Assembly (NCBI GenBank): GCA_964016885.1
Contig: OZ024741.1
Coordinates: 296,298,001 to 296,362,000, forward strand
Length of the DNA: 64,000 nucleotides
Direction of reading: 5' to 3'
Origin: Eledone cirrhosa
Lineage: Eukaryota
Notes under the pieces: generated by a model
Database searches by the model: none
The model's input: only the letters and a program-made list of their open reading frames with translations
Told to the model about the DNA's origin: nothing
In this document: piece after piece, positions 1-13,071 of the stretch
Layout: the number at the start of each line of letters is the position of its first letter
Position numbering within the stretch: position 1 is the first letter of the stretch
Position numbers and translations under genes: made by a program

Positions 1-328
1 GCAGAAACAACAATCGCAACAGTAACATAACAGTAACACAACAGTAACAACCACAACAGTAACAACTACAACAGTAATAACAACGGCAGCAGTAACAGCA
101 GTAATAACAACAGTAGCAACAGTAACAACAACAACTGCAACGCCACAACAGCAGCAACAGTAGTTACAAGAACAACAGCAGCAGCAGAAACAACAACAAC
201 TACTACAACAACAGCAACAATAACAGCCACAACAGCAGCAGCAGTAATAACAACTACAACAACAACAGCAGTCACAACAAAAACAACAACTACAGCAGCA
301 ACAGTAACAACAATAATGGTTTATAATT

Positions 329-490
329 TAGGCACAAGGCCAAAAATAGGAGAGAAAAGGAAAGTCGGTTAGGTTAACCCTAGTACATGACTGGTATTTT
401 ATTTCATTGGCCCCGGAAGGCTGATAAGCAAAGTTGACCTCGGCAAGATTTGAGCTCAGAACGTAGAAAGTCGTAACTATATTCCGCTGA
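329..490 (-). mobile_element. tRNA-derived SINE, family 1 (Nin/Deu-like core), diverged
   Basis: Minus strand reads ctgagctcaaatc (B-box-like)..gaggtcaactttgc..ataccagt..ggccttgtgcct, matching the other copies. Confidence 0.8.
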
Positions 491-574
491 ATCAACAACA
501 ACAGGAACAAGAACAATGATAACAACACTGACAGCAACAACAAGAGCAACAAAACAACACTAGGAACAATTAAA

Positions 575-760
575 ATAACTGTTTCTACTTTTGACACAAA
601 GCCAGCAATTACTCCAGTACATTACTGGTACTTTATTTTATTGACCCCGTAAGGATGAAAGGCAAAGTTAACCTCGGCGGGATTTGAACTCAGAACATAA
701 AGTGACGTAACTCTATGCTGCGAAGCATGGAGTCCGACCCTCTACCGATACTGCCAATCC
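575..760 (-). mobile_element. tRNA-derived SINE, family 1
   Basis: Minus strand: gagttcaaatcccgccgaggttaactttgcctttcatccttacggggtc..aataaagtaccagt (B box plus conserved core). Confidence 0.9.
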
Positions 761-891
761 AATTAAAATAACATCAACAGGAGCAACAACAACAAGAGCA
801 ATAACAACAACAGGAGCAACAAAAACAACAACAAGGGCAACAAACACGATAACAACAACAGGAGCAACAATAACAATAATAACAACAACAG

Positions 892-932
<41 letters not shown>

Positions 933-1399
933 GCAACTTCATCACCGGTAGCAGCAACAACAACAATAACAGTAGCAGCATCAGCAACAGCCACACCAAT
1001 TAAAATCACAAGGACAACAAAATCGGCTACAACTACAACCACATCATCATCATCATCAACAACAACAACAACAACAACAACCAAACAATAGAATAACAAC
1101 AATAACAACAGCAACGACGTTACAATAACAACAGCAACAACGTTACAACAGCATCACAACAACATCACAACAACGACGACCGCATCAACAACATAATCAC
1201 ATGTAAAACAATACACGGCAATAACAGCCGACCGGCTGTCCGCCATTAACATGCAGACGACATAGTCAAATCTAGTCACGTGTCATGTAAATGGCGATGT
1301 TCACTCAAATCACGCAAACCTTAAAATGTTTATATTTCCCCTTCCACATATTCCTTCACTTCTTTCATCGATTTATTTATTTGTCTGGTTCTTTTTTCC

Positions 1400-1430
1400 T
1401 GCATTTCTTTTCTTTTCTTTTCTTTCTTTC

Positions 1431-1497
<67 letters not shown>

Positions 1498-1540
1498 TCC
1501 TTCTTTCCGTCTTTCTTCACATCTTTCTTCTCTCTTCATT

Positions 1541-1636
<96 letters not shown>
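1400..1636. repeat. (TTTC)n microsatellite
   Basis: Direct reading. Confidence 0.98.
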
Positions 1637-2815
1637 TGGAAGAAGCGCCCTCCTATGGTGAGAAGATCCATCTGCTGCCAACAACCTTCGAAAGGAGGGG
1701 TGGGGATGCCGTGGTTGATGATGCGTAGACACGCATTAAGGCTACGGCACCTACAGGTATTCTTCACTGGTCAACCGGTGTGGGCTCCGTTCGTGAAACG
1801 AGCCTTTCCGAGACTCATCTCGCTCACCGAGCTGCAGTCCTGGGTCAAGCAAAGATCCGGAAAACTGGGAGACTGGCACACTGAGTGTGCCCAGGCGCTC
1901 AGGGCTCTCTGGCAAGCAGACCCGGCCATCGGTGGAGAATCCACCTCGTCATTCTATAGAGGGCTGGTGGCTAGCAGGGCCGATGACACCCTTGGAGAGT
2001 CGCTGGACATGGAAAAGGACGAGCTGGCCAGCCTGTTCGGTAGGACTTTCGGCCCGGGACCAATGGACAACTTCCAGAAGTCACTAGCCTGACAGTGCTA
2101 CCGGGGGAGGGGGGGCTCTACCCGTTCGAGAAAGGCTCTACAGACACGGGCGCCCGGGCAGGGATCCCTCGAAAAAGATTTGCCCTAGATGCGTGCGTCA
2201 CGAAGAAACCGTTGCGCACGCATTGGTGCGATGTCCGGGCGTGGCTGATCTGTGGGTCTACGCCGAACGACTGCTGTCGCGGGTGGCGCCGATTCGATTG
2301 ACCACCGAGTCCGTGATGACAATCAAACCGCCTCCCCTCTTCACAAAGGAAGCAAAGGCGGTTTTTCTGTGCGTAATAGCCATGTTGAAAGAGGTTGTTT
2401 GGTGGACACGATTGAAAGGTCTGAGGTCAGGCAACTTCCCCTCTGGCCATAGTCTGGTCTACTTCTTCCGATATCACTTCGGAAGAAGGATAAGAATGGA
2501 GAGAGAGGTGCTTGGCCACAGGCAGTTTTATGAAAGGTGAGTGATAGTGGCGAGAATGGCTCGTGTAAATGGGCCTTCTCTGTATACCATCCTGTAGGTA
2601 AAGAAGTGAAGGAGAGGAGAGCACCTTCTCCATGTGCTCCCCGGGCAAAGGATTGCACACTTTTTCGGGGGTGTGTGCAACCCCCATCACGTCCCCTCCC
2701 TTTTGAGGTTGTTTTCGATTATTTTCATTTTATACCCTTTTTATTCGGTTTTATGTAAACTCCCCCTTTGTATTTGTCCCTTCTTTTTATGCCTTTATGG
2801 TAAATAAAGAATTAT
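1637..2815 (+). mobile_element. Tx1/L1-clade LINE, 5'-truncated ORF2 C-terminus (zf-RVT), copy A
   Basis: PSKGGVGMP post-RT motif, frameshifted CPRC..ETVAHALVRCP zinc knuckle, T-rich 3' UTR with AATAAA near 2803. Confidence 0.85.
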
Positions 2816-2820
2816 ATCTA

Positions 2821-3965
2821 TCATTCTGCCAACACCCTTCAAACGGAGGGCTGGGGGTGCCGTGGCTGACGATGCGCAAACACGCGCTCAGGCTGCGGCA
2901 CGTCCACGTATTCCTCACCAGACAACCGGTGTGGGCCCCGTTCGTGAGGCGAGCCTTCCCACGACTCGTCTCGCTGACCGAGCTGCAGTCCTGGGTCAAG
3001 CAAAGACCGAGGAAAATGGGCGACTGGCACATCGAATGTGCTCAGGCGCTCACAGTCCTCTGGCAAACGGACCCGGCGATCAGTGGAGACTCCACTTCGA
3101 CATTCTATAGAGGGTTGGTCCGCAGCAAGTGCGACAACACACTCGGAGAAACTCTAGGCGTAGAGGAGGACGAACTGGCCAGTCTGTTCGGTAGGACCTT
3201 CGGCCCGGGACCAATGGACAACTTCCAAAAGTCCCTGGCCTGGCAGTGCTACCGAGGAGCTCTACCAGTTCGAGACAAGCTCTACAGACACGAGCGCCCT
3301 TCGAAAAAGATCTGTCCGAGATGTGTGCGCGACGAGGAAACCGTCGCGCACGCATTTGTACACTGCCCGGGCGTTACCGACCTGTGGGGCTATGTAGAAC
3401 GACTATTGCCGCGGGTGGGACCAATCCGGTTGACCACCGAGTCCATTGTCATGATCCATTGTCATCCTTCAAAAACGAGGGAGAAGCGGTTTTCCTATGT
3501 GTTATGGCTATGGTGAAAGAGGTTATATGGTGGACGAGGTTAAAAGGGTTGAGGTCTGACACCTTTCTCCGGCGAGCAACTGATTCGTTTTTTCAAATAT
3601 CATTTTGGAAGAAGAATCAGGATGGAGAGAGAGGTGCTGTACCCCAGCAAATATTATAAAAGGTGGGTGAATGTGGCAAAGATGGCCCGAGTGGTTGGGC
3701 CTTCTCTCTATATAAGCCTGTAGGTTGAGGAAAAAGAGGAAGAGAGGAAGGGAGTACTCACTCTTGGTGCTCCTGGAGATGAGGGTTGTACATTTTTTCG
3801 GGGTGTGTACAACCCTTGTGTAACACCTCCCCCCTATTGGGGATATCAATTGTTATTTGTTATTTTATTAATAGTTTTATTTTCATATACCTGTATGTAT
3901 ACTCCCCATTTGTATTTGTCCCCTTCTTTTGTGCCCTTTTGGCTAATAAAGAAATTTATCTATCT
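2821..3965 (+). mobile_element. Tx1/L1-clade LINE 3' fragment, copy B
   Basis: ORF 2797-3516: GGLGVP..WQCYRGALPVRDKL..CPRCVRDEETVAHAFVHCP; AATAAA then (TATC)n. Confidence 0.88.
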
Positions 3966-4659
3966 ATCATTTTTTCTTTCTTTTTGCCTCTTTACCCCCA
4001 CCCCACCCCATCTACATGTCTTGCTTTCATTTTTTCTTTCTTTCCGATGTTTTTTATTTGTTGTCGCAAATATTGAATTTCATTTTTTCTTTATTTCAAA
4101 TTTTATTTTTATTTCATATTTTGTGAAGAGAGAGAAGGAGAGGGAGAGAAATAGAGAGAAAAGTATAGAGAGGTGCGATGCGAGGGAGATGAAAGATTTC
4201 CTTGATGTTTCTCTTCTCCTTCCTCATCTCCATCTTTCCTTTCCTCTTCCTATCTAAATGTCTATCTGTAAGGATTACTTCCTTTGGTGCGATATATATA
4301 CAGTATATATATATAGAGAGAGGAGGAGGAGGGCTATGCGTGCGTGTGTGTATGTGTGTGTATATGTGTGTGTGTATGTGTTTGTGTATGCGTGTTTGTG
4401 TTTGTGTGTGTGCGGAAAAACAAAGTTTGCTTCTTCAGCCTCCCACTATAAGTTATGTAACAGCCCGGTTTCGATACACAAGGGGCTACTGGACCCATAG
4501 CTGCACCAGTAGCTTATAACTCTTTAACTACGAGCGAATAAGAACCACGAGATATGAGTATGTCCTTAGACTGAATGGGACAAGACAATAGCAAGTAAAA
4601 CAAGTCATCTGACTAAATCATCAATAGCAAAGAGATAATAATGATAATAACAATAATAA

Positions 4660-4790
4660 TAATTGTTTCTACTTTTGGCACAAGGCCAGCAATTATCCCA
4701 GTGTATTACTGGTACTTTATTTTATCGACCCCGTAAGGATGAAAGGCAAAGTTAACCTCGGCGGGATTTGAATTCAGAACGTAAAGGGCC
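4660..4790 (-). mobile_element. SINE family 1, partial
   Basis: Same core as 575-760. Confidence 0.88.
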
Positions 4791-5129
4791 AACAAGTGCA
4801 TTACTGATTCTTAAATGGTCACAGGTTTTGTATAATTATATCAAATATAGGATATTTTCCTATGATCAATAAATAAATATCTAAACATCTAGGACGCATA
4901 GCAACATTGAGGAAATAGCCAAAGCGGCGGAGAGGGTTGTATGGTGTTATGACCTGTCACAGGATTCGACGTGGGTGAGTGTAGACTTTGTAGGGTAAAA
5001 TGCAGCGCAGTAATATTTTAGGTGCGGTCAGAGTAAGAAATAATAAAAGCCCTAGAATCGTCAGTTTGCCAAACTATTTGTTGAAGATATTATTTGGGTG
5101 AATGAAACGCATAACGGGGAGAAAAGGGC

Positions 5130-5515
5130 TCACCATCCCCACCACCACTGCCACCACTACAGCTACTACCGCTCCCACTACAACTAACACCACTGCCACC
5201 ACCACTTCCACTACCACCATTACTACCACCATCACTACCACTACCACCACGACCACCAACAACCACCACTATAGCATCAACCACAACCGCTACCACAAAC
5301 AACCACGAACAATACCACAACCATTACCACTACCATCACGACTACCACTACCATCTTTCCACTACCACCACCCCTACAACAACCACTCTCGCCACCACCA
5401 TTACCACCATTATCATCACCGCCGCCACCATTACTACTACCACGACCATCAACAACCACCACCATAAACAACTACCAACAATACCACAACCATTACCATC
5501 AACAACTATCATCAC
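5130..5515. repeat. (CAC/CTA/CAT)n low-complexity tract
   Basis: Direct reading. Confidence 0.9.
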
Positions 5516-5521
5516 TCATAC

Positions 5522-5566
5522 CTCCGTTCCTCTCTTCATCTCCATCTTTGAAGTCAGGAAGTAGTT
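5522..5566 (-). CDS. Candidate 45-nt host-gene exon (phase 1-1), (E)LLPDFKDGDEERNG
   Basis: Minus strand cttccggtttAG|aactac...aacggag|GTATGA; open frame, length a multiple of 3, unique sequence. Confidence 0.35.
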
Positions 5567-5924
5567 CTAAACCGGAAGTGACAGAAGTCCCCTAACCCAT
5601 GTCCTTGTTGACCCTATAGTTTGCACTAAATGACATACCTGGCTTAAACCGAAGGCTCAATGTGTATGTGTTTATATGTGGAGGAGTACTCTATCAGCGT
5701 GTTTGTATGTGTGAATGTTTACATGTATGCATATGTGTTTCTGCGGATAAGAGTGTATGTGTGAGTTTTGGAATGCGTGTATGTGTGTATACACATACTT
5801 ACATAATACACACACACACACATATATTCATACATACATAAGTTCATACATATATTCATGTATACATACATACATACATACATATATAGATATGTACATA
5901 CATACATACATACAAACATACTAC

Positions 5925-5985
<61 letters not shown>

Positions 5986-5993
5986 CACATACA

Positions 5994-6604
5994 TGGTGGT
6001 GGCTGCCAACTCATTTTCGAGTACGGCCACTACCTTATATCCATGTAGGAGAACCCCTACCGATGCGCTGAACGAGTGTGACTTTTTAGTCCAGCCAGAG
6101 ACTTGAAAACTCTGGTACAAACACTACACTTGTGACAATTATTAACACATAGTGCTGGGCCCATGGTACCATGTGACGACAAGTGCAGAGAGATCTCCAG
6201 ATATAAAGCAATGCCTGTGCTGTGAAGCTTTTATAGTGAGCAAAGGCACTGCACAAAGTCAGTCCCACTCTCTTAACCAAGATGATATTTACGAAAAAGA
6301 AGAACAAGTCAACATCATTGGATACCATCAGGGTTGCAGGTGTTATATCAGGGTTTTCCTTCTCCTAGAATTCTGCCTTGACAAAGGCTAAGGGGTCATC
6401 TCTCCCGGTGATTTTGGATGGCCATTGACTCTTAAGAGCTCCTTTGCCCTTTGACAGGTTTTGTTTTTAGTCCTGCAGGATGTCCAAAGTCACCCTCCTC
6501 ACCAAGAAACCTTGGTGTGGTTGCCAGTTTAGTCGCCAACGACCCGACCATGAGACAGGTTGTACTGGGATACATGTTACCAGTAGCACCAACTGGTGAC
6601 CTGA
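5994..6604 (-). mobile_element. Non-autonomous RTE-derived element (~600 bp), full-length copy 1
   Basis: Near-identical to 45355-45960; RTE-type 5' UTR segment ctaggagaaggaaaa(c)..tgat, C2H2 remnant, 3' end ggcagccacca then (TGTA). Confidence 0.85.
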
Positions 6605-6689
6605 CATGCATACATGCATACATGCATACATACATACATGATGGATATCTCTCGTTATCGAGTATAGCACGATATACCATTATTAATAA

Positions 6690-6877
6690 TTAATTGTTTC
6701 TACGTTTGGCACAAGGCCACAAATTACCCAGTGCATTACTGGTACTTTATTTTATCGACCCCGTAAGGATGAAAGGCAAAGTTAACATCGGCGGGATTTG
6801 AACTCAGAATGGCAAGGGCCGTAACTCTATACGCCAAAGCATGGCGTCCGACCCTCTACCGATGCTGCCAATCCACT
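6690..6877 (-). mobile_element. SINE family 1
   Basis: Same B box and core. Confidence 0.9.
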
Positions 6878-6889
6878 AATTAATTCTAT

Positions 6890-7045
6890 AGTGCAATGCC
6901 TGTGCGTGAAGATATTTTTTAAAGTGAGGAAAGACTGTGCACTGAACCAATCTCACTCTCTGAGCGACAGTAGCTATATTCCGAAAAGAAGAAAAGATCA
7001 ACATCATCGGTAACTACTGAGCCGCAGGATTTATATCGGAGTTAT
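6890..7045 (-). mobile_element. Diverged internal fragment related to the non-autonomous RTE
   Basis: gcaatgcctgtgc..tcaacatcat..tatatc aligns by eye with 6208-6352. Confidence 0.6.
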
Positions 7046-7088
7046 CCCAGTTTGCTGAGGTACCTTCTCCCATACATACATACATACA

Positions 7089-7494
7089 TGGTGGCTGCCA
7101 ACTCGTTTTCGAGTACGGCCACTACTTTATATCCGTGTAGGAGAACCCCTACCGATGTGCTGAACGAGTGTGACTTTTTAGTCCAGCCAGCGACTTGAAA
7201 ACTCTGGTACAGACACTACACTTGTGAAAATTATTGACACATAGTGCTGGGCTCATGGTACCATGTGACGACAAGTGCAGAGAGATCTCCAGATATAAAG
7301 CAACGCCTGTGCCGTGAAGCTTTTATAGTGAGCAAATGCACTGCACAAAGCCAGTCCCACTCTCTTAACCAAGATGATATTTACCAAAAAGAAGAACAAG
7401 TCAACATCATTGGATACCATCAGGGTTGCAGGTGCTATATCAGAGTTTTCCTTCTCCTAGAATTCTGCCTTGAAAAAGGCTAAGGGGTCATCTC
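7089..7494 (-). mobile_element. Non-autonomous RTE-derived element, 5'-truncated copy 2
   Basis: Matches ~5997-6403; (CATA)n on both sides. Confidence 0.88.
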
Positions 7495-7575
7495 ATACAT
7501 ACATACATACATACATACATACATACATACATACATACATACATACATACATACATACATACATACATACATACA

Positions 7576-9243
7576 TAACTGTAAAGCGGGGAAAAACAAC
7601 AACCCAATCTAGCAACATTGTCATCAATGGTCTAACTGTTTCACCGATATCTGATGAGGACTGCTACAGATACCTGGGGATAGATGAGAACATATCCTAT
7701 AATGGTATCTGTAATAAAGAACGCGTAACCAGGGAATACTACACCCGATTAAGAAAGATCTGGTCATCGGAACTCTCTGCGCAAAACAAAACAGTGGCTC
7801 ACAATGTGTTTGCTGTGCCTGTCCTAACACCAATGTTTGGAATCAATTGGACGATAGACGAAATCCGAGCAGTTGATGTTGGAACTCGAAAAATACTGAA
7901 CAACACCGGAAACTTCCACATCAACAGTGACATAGAGCGCCTTTACTTGAAACGTAAGCAGGGAGGCAGAGGCCTAACATCAGTCCAGACAACATTTGAA
8001 TGTCGCATCATATCTCTCCGACAACATCTACGAACCTCCAAGCGTAGGAGCCCGTTTCTCGAGCAAGTCTATCTGCATGAAACAGATAAGATCATGAGAG
8101 TTGGGAAGGAACTCCTTGAGAGATATTCCCTGTGTGATAATCAAAAACTCACACCCAGGGATGTCGCTCAGCAGTATCGCAGTGAGTCCATGGATGAAAA
8201 ACTGCATGCCTATCAGCAAAAAATCATGCATGGATATGTTGCCAGGAAGCTCCAGAGTGAGTAATATAGATAAGGAAAGTAGTCTATCTTGGACCAACAA
8301 CCGCTATATTGGCTCCCACTTTGAAGGATACGCTTTTGCAATCCAAGAACAGGGGATTAGCACGAAATACCTGATTCACAAAAGAGATAGGGATGCAGGC
8401 AAAACACCTAGATGTGATAACAAGTGCAGACTCTGCATAACTTACATCGAGGATATCACCCATGTCATCAGCAGCTGTCCAAAGATGTCATCGTGGTACT
8501 ATCTACCTATGAGGCATGATGTAGTGGCCAAAACACTGTACGATGCAGTTCGTAAAAAAGATAGCCCCGATAATAAACACATTAAAAGCTACAACAATGT
8601 GGAAGACATCCATGTACATAATATGAAAGAGTACTGGTGGAATGTTCCAGTAAAAACCCCAATAAAATGCAGGCATAACAGACCAGATATTATGACATGG
8701 GACAGGGAGAAGAAAACATGCACAGTAGTGGAAATTAGCTGCCCAGCAGATGCCAATATTATATCAAAGATTAGTGAAAAGGAAAATATTTATGCAGAAC
8801 TGATGAGAAATCTGCAAATACTCCACCCTGATTACACCTTCAGATTTATGCCTGTGATTATTGGACCACTGGGATATGTTAGTAACTGCCTCAATACAAA
8901 TCTTGAGAAGCTAGGCTTCACAGGAACAGAAAGAACACAACTAGTTAGGAAACTACAAGTACAATCCATTAATGGAACAGTAAAAATATGTAAAACATTC
9001 CAAAAATTTCGCATCTAATAACTGCATATACACATGTACAGATACAAAGCATATACACATGCACACATACAACTCAAAACATCCACATCCACACATACAA
9101 TAACATCCATATCTACACATGCATGCATACATACATATCTACCTAGTTGATGTGTAAATTCCAATGAGAGAGTCTTGTGTCTATGTTAGAAACCGACTCA
9201 CTCTCTATTGGTAAAACTTTGTGAAATTATAAAACCAGAAGAA
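7576..9243 (+). mobile_element. R4/Dong-like (RLE) non-LTR retrotransposon, 5'-truncated
   Basis: YRYLGI and RLYLKRKQGGRGL (RT C-terminus); CRLC..H....C knuckle, RHD, RPDI..VVEISCP..KENIY restriction-like endonuclease; one frameshift near 8260; stop at 9018; flanked by (CATA)n. Confidence 0.9.
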
Positions 9244-9284
9244 CATACATACATAGATACATACATACATACGTACGTACGTAC

Positions 9285-9990
9285 CATCATCCCCACGACA
9301 ATAATCCCCACCACCATCATAATCCCCACCACCATCATAATCCTCATCATCATCACCACCACCATTATAATCACCACCAACATCATCATCATCATCATCA
9401 TCATCTTTGGTATCCAAGATTTTACATTGTTCCAGACATTCTCCAGAAACCAATTCAAAATATCAGTTAATTGCAACACAAAACTAATTAGCAACATCTC
9501 TACTTTCCGGACTTGTTGTAGTTGTTGTTATTATCACTGTTGTTGTTACTGTTGTTGATACTGTAGTTGTTGTTATTATCATTGTTATTGTTGTTGTTGT
9601 TGTTGTTGTTGTTATTATTATTATTATTGCTATCATTGTTGTTGTTATTACTGTTGTTGTTGTTACTGTTGCTGTTGTTGTTGTCATTATCATTGCTGCT
9701 GGTGTTGTTGTTATCACAGTTTTTGTTGTTATTATCATTTGGTGTTTGTTGTTGTAGTTGCTGTTGTTGTAATTGCTGTTAATGTTGTTGTTATTGTTAT
9801 TGTTGTTGTTTTAGTTGTTGTTATTACTGTTGCTACTGTTATTGTTGTTACTGTTGCTGTTGTTGTTACTATAGTTGTTGTTATTATCGTTGTTGTTGTT
9901 GTCGTTTTTATCACAGTTGATGTAGTTGTTATTGCTATCGTTGTTATTGTTATTACTGTTTTTGTTACTGTTGTTGTTATTATTATCAAT
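9285..9990. repeat. (CAT/CAC)n and (GTT/ATT)n low-complexity tracts
   Basis: Direct reading. Confidence 0.9.
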
Positions 9991-10152
9991 TGACAGTATC
10001 GGTAGAGGGTCGGACGCCATGCTTTGCAGCATAGAGTTACAGCCCTTTATGGTCTGAGTTCAAAATCCCGATTTGGTTAACTTTGCCTTTCATCCTTACG
10101 GGGTCGATAAAATAAAGTACCAGTAATGCACTGGGTAATTTGCTGGCCTTGT
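9989..10152 (+). mobile_element. SINE family 1
   Basis: cagtatcggtagagggtcggac (A-box region), gagttcaaa, gcctttcatccttacggggtcgataaaataaagtaccag. Confidence 0.9.
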
Positions 10153-10669
10153 CCCTGGTCGGGAGTAGGGTTTCCAGTAAACCTTTTGGGTTGTAAAATA
10201 AAAACTGAAAAATGCTTGCATGCTCCTCTTGAACATATATCTACATCTATCTAGACTATATTTTAATCTGTACTCCATGTTTCATTTTTGTTGTACCTCA
10301 TTTATCCCCCACCCTCTCTCTTTCTCTCTGTGATATTTGAATCTACTATGATTTGGGTTTACCTTATTCCTATATATATGTTTTTGCATGTCAGTTAGAT
10401 TCAAATTTACAATGATTGGCATTATCTATCTATATATATATATATATATATATATACAGTGGCGGACTAGGTCTAAAAGTATTGGTTGCTAGATGGAGGG
10501 GGTCCACCTACATTTAGAATGCTATCATTTAATTTTTATAATGAATGAATAATAATTTCAAAAAATACATAAGAGGAAACAAAACAGTGCAATCAAATAT
10601 TTGCGGGGAAATATCTTACCTTCTCCAATAAAAAATATTAAGTATTTTGCGAAATCCAGAGATTTTCAA

Positions 10670-11002
10670 TAATTGTTTCTACTTTAGGCACAAGGCCAGC
10701 AATTATCCAGTACATTACTGGTACTTTATTTTATCGACCCCGTAAGGATGAAAGGTAAAGTCAACCTCGGCGGGATTTGAACTCAGACTGTAGAGGGACG
10801 TAACTATGCTAGAAAGCATGGCGTCCGACCCTCTACCGATACTGCCAATCAATAATTGTCTCTACTTTAGGCACAAGGCCAGCAATTACCCAGTGCATTA
10901 CTGGTACTTTATTTTATCGACCCCGTAAGGATGAAAGGCAAAGTCAACCTCGGCGGGATTTGAACTCAGATCGTAAAGGGACGTAACTATGCTGGAAAGC
11001 AT
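10670..11002 (-). mobile_element. Two tandem SINE family 1 copies (10670-10850, 10852-11002)
   Basis: Head-to-tail repeats of the same core. Confidence 0.9.
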
Positions 11003-11037
11003 ATCAATAATGATCTTTGGTCTTTCACACTCACTCA

Positions 11038-11071
<34 letters not shown>

Positions 11072-11175
11072 ATACACCACCTTCACCACTAATTGATTTG
11101 ACAGATGTCTTTAACCCATTGATACCAAATATTATTTGATCAGTAGTCCGTGTGGCAGTATATATATATATATAT

Positions 11176-11718
11176 AATTGATAATGTTTTCATAAAAACT
11201 AATTAACTCGCGTGTATATTATTTTTTTTTTCCTCATTTCGTGGATCGTGGGTTGTCTCCCCTTCCCGCTTCGTGTCGCTACGATACTTCCTCAGTCAAA
11301 AACTGCTGGAATTTCAAATTTGGTGGTCATTCGAGGTGAGAGAGAGCAACTTTACGGACACGATTTTTAACTGCGGTAAGAAATTGTTTCCTCTATCGAT
11401 GTTTAACGGGCTTCCACTGATGATTTATAAGTGCCCACCTAAATATATTCTTACATGAATATATATTAGGCTTCTACATAAACTGGAAACATTCTCCCAA
11501 CTTGTAGAAAACTTATAATGAAACAATTGTTTGGAAAGAGAGATATACTTTAACTTTAATTATATCTCATAAAATAATACAACTGGTTTTTCCACATTAT
11601 ACATATTGTTAGCACCCCAAACACTTAAATTGGATTTATATTTTAATATAACCTAATGTTAGTTGAGTGAGATGGTTACCAGTCAGAGTTTAGCTTTAAA
11701 CTATCTCTGTTATTGTAT

Positions 11719-11768
<50 letters not shown>

Positions 11769-11835
11769 CTTAGGCTAAAAACAGAGAAGTGACAACCAAA
11801 AAACCTCCATATCTCATAACAGTAACAAATACGGA

Positions 11836-11866
<31 letters not shown>

Positions 11867-12800
11867 CTTTCCGTATTTGTTACTGTTATGAGATATGGAG
11901 GTTTTTTGGTTGTCACTTCTCTGTTTTTAGCCTAAGAAAATATATATATGCGTGTGTAAATAATTACATGCATACATTTATTTTTTTAAATTAATTGAGT
12001 TCTTAACACGTGGAATTGATAATGGTTTTGAAATAACTAATTAACCCGCGTGTATTAAATATTTTACTCTTAATTTGGCCAAAGATTTACATTCCCAATC
12101 GCCTTTTAAAGCGTAACTTTCCGTATTAACTACAGTTATGAGATGCGGCCTGTTATTTGGGTATGACTTCTGTTTTTAGCCTAAGAAAATATCTATATGC
12201 GTGTGTAATAAATACACGCATACATTTATTTTTTTAATTTCAATTGAGTTCTTAGCACGTTGGATTGATAATGTTTTTGAAAAAACTAATTAACCCACGT
12301 GTATATTATTTTCTTTTCTCGTGAATCGTGGTTGTCTCCCTTTCCCGCTTAGTGACGCTATGATACTTCCTCAGTCAAAAGACTGCTGGAATTTCAAATT
12401 TGGCGGTCATTCGATGCGTGAAAGAGCAGCTTAGCAGACACGATTTTTAACTGCGGTAAGAATGTTTTCTTATATCAAAGTTTAATGGGCTTCCACTGAA
12501 GATTTATAAGTAACCACCTAAATATATTCTTACATGAATATATGTTAGGCTTCAACATAAACTGGAAACATTCTCCGAATTTGTAGAAAACTTATAATGA
12601 AACAATTGTTTGGAAAGAGAGATATATTTTAACTTTAATTATATCTCATAAAATAATACAACTGGCTTTCCAGAAAATACATATAGTTAGCACCCCAAAC
12701 ACTTAAATTGGGTTTATACTGACATATAACCTAATGTTTGTTGAGTGAGATGGTTACCAGTCGGAGTTTAGCTTTAAGCTATCTCTGTTATTGTATTAAA
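11176..12800. repeat. Local duplication cluster: 11176-11721 ~ 12265-12800; 11869-12055 ~ 12119-12305; inverted copy 11762-11836
   Basis: Alignments by eye; segments delimited by (TA)n. Confidence 0.85.
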
Positions 12801-13028
12801 AATATATATATATATATTTCGTTTCTGAATTTGTTTAGCAAGATTCTTTATCTGAAAACGTGTGTTGAAACCGATATTGTTATACTTTGGGAGGGTCATG
12901 TTGCCAATAAGAAACACACGCACCAGTCGCTTTCACTTCAATTTATTATAAATTAAAACATTTTTTTTTTTTTAAATACATTTCCGGTTGGTTGATTGGT
13001 TCCACAACCGGACGGTTGTTCATATATT

Positions 13029-13071
13029 GTCAAAGTTCTTTCGTCACACATTCTGTGACCTCTTCAGTGAC
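13029..13071 (-). ncRNA. Minimal hammerhead ribozyme motif (inverted pLTR copy)
   Basis: gtca CTGAAGA g-gtcaca..tgtgac GAAA gaactt tgac; stems I and II pair. Confidence 0.7.

Larger units (their letters stand above)
1..1195. repeat. (CAA/CAG/TAA)n trinucleotide low-complexity region with two SINE insertions
   Basis: Imperfect AAC/AGC/AAT triplet runs; poly-V/poly-L ORFs here are translations of the repeat. Confidence 0.95.

Noticed and set aside
575-760. tRNA gene (GTTCAAATCCC T-loop)
   Set aside because: No full cloverleaf; it is the head of a multi-copy SINE.
6086-6391. Conserved 79-80 aa ORFs recurring at 7244, 45566, 61356 and 62350
   Set aside because: Conserved only because the repeat copies are young; non-ATG or antisense frames with no domain.
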